Below, piece after piece: positions 27,044 to 31,490 of a stretch of DNA of 31,490 nt (within the stretch, counting starts at the first letter, position 1; the number at the start of each line of letters is the position of its first letter). The DNA lies in IMG/VR virus record IMGVR_UViG_3300035663_000007, positions 46,415 to 77,904 of that record; one strand, 5' to 3'. A program made the translations under genes and the position numbers. The notes beneath the pieces are model-generated. The model saw only the letters and a program-made list of their open reading frames with translations. It did not search any database and was not told the origin of the DNA. Origin of the DNA: a virus.

Positions 27044-27536
27044 ATTGCCAGAAGGGATGAAAGAGACACCTTCAAGGGTTGTCAAATACTGGGTAGAGAT
27101 GTCTCAAGGGATAAATATTAACCCATCGGAATCCCTGAGTAAAGTATTTGATTGTGACTATGATCGAGTCGTAATTGAAAAAGGCATTCCCTTTACTTCA
27201 TTATGTGAGCATCACCTATTGCCGTTCTATGGTGTCGCCCATATTGGCTATATTCCTGATAAAAAAGTTGTCGGGTTGTCAAAACTCCCTAGAGCTTTAG
27301 AAGTTTTGGCAACCCGACCACAAATTCAAGAAAGATTGACCGAACAATTGGGAGATTTGATCTTTAATGTTTTAGAATGCAAGGGCGTTGTAGTCATATT
27401 AGAAGCTGAACACAACTGCATGAGTTGTAGGGGTGTTAAAAAGCATGGGGTTAAGACTATTACAAGCTGTTTAAGAGGTGTTTTTATGACCGATTCATCA
27501 GCTAGGGCAGAAGTATTGAGTTTAATTAAAGGGTGA
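26961..27536 (+). CDS. folE: GTP cyclohydrolase I (start uncertain; frame open from 26889)
   Basis: ETPSRV, SLCEHHLLPFYG, GLSKLPR, RPQIQERLT, HNCMSCRG. Confidence 0.95.
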   Translation: MKPVQANASTLNLAISQVESAMVLLWGELPEGMKETPSRVVKYWVEMSQGININPSESLSKVFDCDYDRVVIEKGIPFTSLCEHHLLPFYGVAHIGYIPDKKVVGLSKLPRALEVLATRPQIQERLTEQLGDLIFNVLECKGVVVILEAEHNCMSCRGVKKHGVKTITSCLRGVFMTDSSARAEVLSLIKG

Positions 27537-27540
27537 CACT

Positions 27541-27738
27541 ATGAAGATACATTTAATTATTCCTATCAAGGGGGGGGGGAGTCAAGTTGACTTTGCATCA
27601 AGTGTTTTATTAGAGCAGGAATACACTAACAATTTATTCTCTTTTGCTTACCAAGAGTATGAAAAATATCAGCATCAATATTGGAATGGATTAATCAATC
27701 ACGTCAACAATACAAGGAATGAAAACAATGGACAATAA
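27541..27738 (+). CDS. Small protein paralogous to the N-terminal repeats of the TGT-like protein; contains a G10 tract
   Basis: MKIHL...NLFSFAYQ...W aligns with RIHLA...HLFSYAYQ...W in 28419..29531. Confidence 0.7.
   Translation: MKIHLIIPIKGGGSQVDFASSVLLEQEYTNNLFSFAYQEYEKYQHQYWNGLINHVNNTRNENNGQ
27570..27579 (+). repeat. G10 homopolymer (candidate slipped-strand phase-variation tract)
   Basis: ATCAAGGGGGGGGGGAGT, in codons 10-13 of the small ORF, in an AT-rich background. Confidence 0.85.
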
Positions 27739-28438
27739 ATGTTTGGTAATTTTAAGTGGTGGTCAAGATAGTACGACTTGCTTGGCGATCGCAAAAAGCA
27801 AATTTAAAGAAGTTCATGCAGTAAGTTTTAATTATGGTCAACGACATTTAACCGAGATAGAGAGCGCGATCAAGATAGCTAAAAAGTTAAACTTAACTTC
27901 CCACGAAATCATTGATCTAGGTCAAGGGATTTTAAAAGGTAGTTCCCCGTTGGTTAGCAACAATGAATTGGGAGTCTATAAAAGCGTTAATGAATTACCT
28001 GGTGGTGTTGAGCCAACTTTTGTTTATGGTAGAAATATTCTATTTTTAACTATTGCAGCTAATCGCGCCGCCGTTATGGGTATTAATGATATCTTTATCG
28101 GTGTCTGTGAAGCTGATTATGCGGGTTATTTTGATTGTAGACTAGATTTTATCAATGTCATGTCGAAAGCGTTAGGAGAGGGTGTTTATGGTTCGCCCGA
28201 TGCTTTTAAAATTCATACTCCGTTAATGAGCTTGACTAAAGCCGAATCGGTATTGTTAGCTAAGGATTTATTGGGTGATGATTTTGATTCAGTGATGGAA
28301 TTGACCCATACTTGTTATGCGGGTGTTAAGGGCGGATGTGGTAAATGTCACGCTTGTTTGATTCGTGACAGAGGTTTTCAAGAGGCGGGAATAGTTGACC
28401 CAATATGGAAGTTTAGAAATGTATCTGTATTTAGTTGA
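27719..28438 (+). CDS. queC: 7-cyano-7-deazaguanine (preQ0) synthase
   Basis: LSGGQDSTT, FNYGQRH, TFVYGRN, YFDCR, TPL..LTKAE, THTCY...CGKCHAC..R. Confidence 0.97.
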   Translation: MKTMDNKCLVILSGGQDSTTCLAIAKSKFKEVHAVSFNYGQRHLTEIESAIKIAKKLNLTSHEIIDLGQGILKGSSPLVSNNELGVYKSVNELPGGVEPTFVYGRNILFLTIAANRAAVMGINDIFIGVCEADYAGYFDCRLDFINVMSKALGEGVYGSPDAFKIHTPLMSLTKAESVLLAKDLLGDDFDSVMELTHTCYAGVKGGCGKCHACLIRDRGFQEAGIVDPIWKFRNVSVFS

Positions 28439-29531
28439 TCACTCATCCGAACGCGGACAACGCAAAGTTCTTACTGAGGAGAGATATATAAGCTATTTGC
28501 AATCCTACGCATTCGTTGGACAAGCGGGTTTTATTGACACTCAAAAATATTGGGAGGAGTTATTGAGGATTCATTTAGCTGATACAACAGCAAAACTAAA
28601 TGGTGACGTTAACATAAAAGAAGTTTTAGTTGATGAAAACAAACCAGAACATCTGTTTAGTTATGCCTACCAAAACCACGAATCTCAATGGTCTGATTCT
28701 TGGAATCAGACCATTGAGAAAAACAAGAATATGAATATACATTTAGCGGGTCATTCTGTTAACGTTGACATGGACAAAGTGGTGAAGCCTTTACATGAAA
28801 ACCATTTAACAACATTTGCAGACCAGAAAGAAGTTAAAGATACTTTGTCCAAAATGGACAAAGTATCTGACTTAAGACCTAGAGTAATAATTGACTCAGG
28901 AGCATTTACAGCTTTTACAACTGGGAAAATAATTAATCCTAAAGATTATGCTACATGGTCTTTAGACTTTCAGAAGCGATGGGAGCATAAAATGAAATCT
29001 CTAAGTTTTATGAACCTGGACGTTATTGGTAATCAAGATGATAGCTGGAAAAATCAATCAATACTTGAATCGTTAGGAATGAAACCGATTCCTATTATTA
29101 CTTTTGGATGTGATAAAAAGCATTTAATTAGAGCATTAGATAACTATGATTATATAGCTTTAGGCGGTTTAGTTCCCCATAGTAGGAATAAAATCAAACT
29201 TCAAAAATGGTTAGATTATTGTTTCAACATAATCATGGGAAGATATAAAGAAACGGGTGTTATGTCAAGGATTCATTTACTCGGTATAACAACTGATTGG
29301 GTACTGAAAAGATATCCCTGCTATAGTTCAGATTCGTCATCATGGGTTGCTTGTTTAAGGTTTGGCGGCGGTGCTGCTGCGGGTTTAGATAAAATACCTA
29401 GATATAAAGAATCAGATGCTGCGCTATCAGCAACAATTCACACCTTAAGATCGGAGGTGGTAAAATATAAAAAGATGGAAACTGAAGCTACAAATTTATG
29501 GAAATCAAGGGGGATAATCTGGGATGACTAA
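28419..29531 (+). CDS. TGT-fold (DpdA/archaeosine-TGT-like) putative DNA base-exchange transglycosylase with N-terminal repeats
   Basis: IIDSGAF, NLDVIG, IALGGLV, IHLLG, SSDSSSW motifs; directly follows queC. ATG at 28419 preferred over the TTG at 28395. Confidence 0.8.
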   Translation: MYLYLVDHSSERGQRKVLTEERYISYLQSYAFVGQAGFIDTQKYWEELLRIHLADTTAKLNGDVNIKEVLVDENKPEHLFSYAYQNHESQWSDSWNQTIEKNKNMNIHLAGHSVNVDMDKVVKPLHENHLTTFADQKEVKDTLSKMDKVSDLRPRVIIDSGAFTAFTTGKIINPKDYATWSLDFQKRWEHKMKSLSFMNLDVIGNQDDSWKNQSILESLGMKPIPIITFGCDKKHLIRALDNYDYIALGGLVPHSRNKIKLQKWLDYCFNIIMGRYKETGVMSRIHLLGITTDWVLKRYPCYSSDSSSWVACLRFGGGAAAGLDKIPRYKESDAALSATIHTLRSEVVKYKKMETEATNLWKSRGIIWDD

Positions 29532-30201
29532 TTACAAAGTTGAAAGAGGGATTTTAATTGATATTATTAATATTGAGCCTAACCCGTGGAATCCCAACAA
29601 AACATCTGAACGTCAACAAGAGGCAATCACAGAATCATTAAATGCCTATGGTCAAATAATTGAATTGTTAGTTAGACCGCATCCAGAGAAAAAGGGTAAA
29701 TATCAGATTATTGATGGGGAGCATAGATTAGTCTCTTTGAGCAGTAAAGAACAAAAGGTATTTGTTAACATTATTCATGGCTTACCCGACGCCGAAGCTA
29801 AAAAACTAACCATTATCTTGAATGAGACTAGGGGGAGTGCTGACAAGATTGAGCTTGCTAAACTATTAGAAGACATCAACAATGACTTAGGAATTGAAAC
29901 AATTATAGGGTTGCCATATAGTTCTAACGAATTGGATGAGTTAATAAAATTAGCTGATATTGATTGGGATAATTTCGCCAAGGGTGATGATAGCGACGAG
30001 TTTGACGAGAACGATCCTACAACTGATCCATCTGAATTGATTACTGTTGTGGCAAAGATATCACCGGACGTGATGGAAAAAGCTCAGGATGTATACAATC
30101 TGGTAAGCGAAGAAATGAAGGGCTTAAACAAGGATAAAGCTATTGCCTGGGGTCAAGTTTTGGAGAGCTTGGTTGTAAACTATTTGGGGTTGTCGGAGTA
30201 A
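29524..30201 (+). CDS. ParB/Srx N-terminal domain protein
   Basis: PNPWNPN, SLNAYGQI..LLVRP, YQIIDGEHR, LNETRG; acidic C-terminal linker. Confidence 0.9.
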   Translation: MTNYKVERGILIDIINIEPNPWNPNKTSERQQEAITESLNAYGQIIELLVRPHPEKKGKYQIIDGEHRLVSLSSKEQKVFVNIIHGLPDAEAKKLTIILNETRGSADKIELAKLLEDINNDLGIETIIGLPYSSNELDELIKLADIDWDNFAKGDDSDEFDENDPTTDPSELITVVAKISPDVMEKAQDVYNLVSEEMKGLNKDKAIAWGQVLESLVVNYLGLSE

Positions 30202-30211
30202 ATTGATTTAA

Positions 30212-30239
30212 CACCCTCTGGATTGAATGCCAGAGGGTG
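30212..30239. terminator. Hairpin ending the modification operon
   Basis: CACCCTCTGG-8nt-CCAGAGGGTG directly after the ParB stop; no good U-tract; overlaps a HIP1 site. Confidence 0.55.
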
Positions 30240-30288
30240 CGATCGCCATAGCTTTAATCGGGAAATTGTTAGACTAATTAATATTAAC

Positions 30289-30370
30289 TGTGATATAATA
30301 TTAATAGTAAATTACCCTTCGCGGTACTACAAATACCCAAGGGCTGTAAATTCTAGTTAGGAGAATCCAC
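30289..30370 (+). promoter_or_regulatory. Extended -10 promoter + bulged-hairpin leader, element B
   Basis: TGATATAAT, CCCTT-CGC-GGTA-[CTACAAA]-TACC-C-AAGGG, AGGAG RBS within a second weak hairpin. Confidence 0.65.
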
Positions 30371-30661
30371 ATGACAGATTTTAACAAAGAATTGGCATTA
30401 TCACTCGTCAATTCGGAAGATAATTTTCCTATTGACTTTGAGGAGGCTTGGCAATGGTTGGGCTTCTCTACCAAGGCATCGGCAAAACGTAAACTCAATC
30501 ACTTTAACGAGGGAATCGACTTTTCAACATCTAGATCAAAACCTTCTAATGGCGGTCGTCCCATCGAAGTAATTTATTTAAGTGTTGCGTGTTTTGAAAG
30601 AATGAGAGCCTATCAGGAATCAAGGAAAAATAAGGAACGTCACGAGCAACTGATGTACTAG
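30371..30661 (+). CDS. Antirepressor-like (AntA/AntB-type) DNA-binding domain protein, possibly truncated
   Basis: FPIDFEEAWQWLGFS...GIDF...GGRP...YLSVACF pattern. Confidence 0.7.
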   Translation: MTDFNKELALSLVNSEDNFPIDFEEAWQWLGFSTKASAKRKLNHFNEGIDFSTSRSKPSNGGRPIEVIYLSVACFERMRAYQESRKNKERHEQLMY

Positions 30662-30713
30662 GTGAACTCACGTCCCCGAATGCAGAAACATTGCGGGGAC
30701 GCTTATTATAACA
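30659..30713 (-). promoter_or_regulatory. Extended -10 promoter + bulged hairpin, element D (faces the 3' end of 30371..30661); may also act as a terminator
   Basis: Minus strand: TGTTATAAT-AAG-CGTCCCC-GC-AATG-[TTTCTG]-CATT-C-GGGGACG-TGAGTTCACCTA. Confidence 0.55.
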
Positions 30714-30715
30714 AT

Positions 30716-31147
30716 TTAATCAGTCCCAAACTTTTCCCTGAGTGCCAACATAGCTTTTTTCTTCTTATGTCTGAGATATGATTCGGCATCGGTCAGGTTC
30801 CGACCTGGATAGATTCTCGGCCTCCCTACGGGCTTGGGGTCTGAGGTCGTGATTTTCTCATGGATTCTCGGTCGCCCCTCTGGTTTGGGATTTGAAATTT
30901 GGGACGCTCCGCAGGGTGTACAGCGCCACTTCTGCCTCCCGTCCGAATGAACCCCGTTTTTTTTCATCTTGTGTCCGCACTTTGGACATGGCGGGTTTTT
31001 CTTGGCTTCATTGGATTTTCGATTCCGCAACCAACAGGGATTGCAGAAATACTTTTGTTTTCCGGTTGGCGTTATCCCAGACTTCCACATCTTCCCACCG
31101 CAAGTTAAGCAGCGCGGGTTGTATTTTTCCGTGTTATCTTTGTCCAT
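30716..31147 (-). CDS. Tandem InsA-like zinc-ribbon protein with GRPR (AT-hook-like) repeats
   Basis: CLTC...GKQKYFCNPC; CPKC...GRQKWRCTPC; two PKPxGRPRI repeats. Confidence 0.75.
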   Translation of the reverse strand: MDKDNTEKYNPRCLTCGGKMWKSGITPTGKQKYFCNPCWLRNRKSNEAKKNPPCPKCGHKMKKNGVHSDGRQKWRCTPCGASQISNPKPEGRPRIHEKITTSDPKPVGRPRIYPGRNLTDAESYLRHKKKKAMLALREKFGTD

Positions 31148-31213
31148 TAGTAGCCTGTTCTGTAGGTTTACTCAAGTCCCCAGATGTGGCAAAACATCGT
31201 GGGGATAATTTTT

Positions 31214-31450
31214 CTAGGTACTCAATACAATTGTAGCCGGATAAATTGCCATGTAATCGTTTTCACCTAAGCTAATTTTCTGCTGCTCAACTAAAGAAAA
31301 AATTGCAAACCAGAATACTTTTTCACTTAATCCCAAATCCTTCTGAGCTTTAGAGGGATAGATAAATACTGCCCTCTTTCCTAGGAATTGAGGGATTAAC
31401 CATTTTTCCACAATGGTGATCGCATTCTCTAGTTCTTGAGTATTAATCAT
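31214..31450 (-). CDS. Hypothetical protein
   Basis: 78-aa ATG ORF, co-oriented with the zinc-ribbon gene. Confidence 0.55.
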   Translation of the reverse strand: MINTQELENAITIVEKWLIPQFLGKRAVFIYPSKAQKDLGLSEKVFWFAIFSLVEQQKISLGENDYMAIYPATIVLST

Positions 31451-31490
31451 AATTTAATCAGCACAAAACTATTGTTTTATTATATAATAT

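Larger units (their letters stand above)
2749..30246. repeat. HIP1 octamer GCGATCGC, at least 9 dispersed copies
   Basis: Seen at 2749, 9986, 11249, 12572, 14270, 20005, 24605, 27785 and 30239. Confidence 0.9.
1..31490. mobile_element. Temperate siphovirus-like cyanophage / prophage region (ends not visible)
   Basis: Capsid-, protease-, tail tube-, chaperone- and tape-measure-like genes, antirepressor-like genes and HIP1 enrichment. No integrase, att site or host housekeeping genes seen. Confidence 0.9.

Noticed and set aside
27541-28438. Poly-G slippage fusing the small ORF to QueC
   Set aside because: Both shifted frames hit stops (TGA, TAG) shortly after the tract.
25986-28438. Host tRNA queuosine biosynthesis operon
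   Set aside because: No queF/queA/queG; the TGT-like gene lacks the canonical C-terminal Zn site and is paired with ParB-N in a phage context.
29524-30201. Plasmid/prophage partition system
   Set aside because: No ParA or parS seen; the gene is coupled to the modification operon.
30716-31147. IS1-family insertion sequence
   Set aside because: Only zinc ribbons are present; no catalytic domain, terminal inverted repeats or target duplication seen.
30892-31236. Plus-strand ORFs 30892..31236, 30899..31108 and 30969..31208
   Set aside because: Antisense to the motif-bearing zinc-ribbon gene, with no independent support.

Overview
AT-rich window from a tailed, long-tail (siphovirus-like) temperate phage or prophage of a cyanobacterium; at least 9 HIP1 octamers (GCGATCGC) were seen. 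All product calls come from motif recognition and gene order; no searches were run. Left to right: (1) an unlisted, edge-truncated large tail-type ORF (<1..2412, minus). (2) A plus-strand block with a putative tail terminator, a lipoprotein and a 3077-aa tape measure protein that carries a HExxH metallopeptidase-like domain and a 137-aa mini-intein. (3) Two tandem two-gene accessory cassettes built on a duplicated 71-bp promoter and a duplicated hairpin. (4) An antirepressor-like/PD-(D/E)XK gene. (5) A mostly minus-strand head/neck/tail module, including a G/GT chaperone pair with an A_AAA_AAG -1 frameshift; no large terminase or portal is recognisable. (6) A divergent 7-deazaguanine DNA-modification operon (queE, queD, folE, small poly-G ORF, queC, TGT/DpdA-like, ParB-like). 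(7) An antirepressor-like gene and a Zn-ribbon gene. Two signals stand out. The TGT-like gene has three tandem copies of its N-terminal module, and a fourth free-standing copy contains a G10 tract. A covarying promoter-plus-bulged-hairpin element occurs four times, as inward-facing pairs around both antirepressor-like genes.
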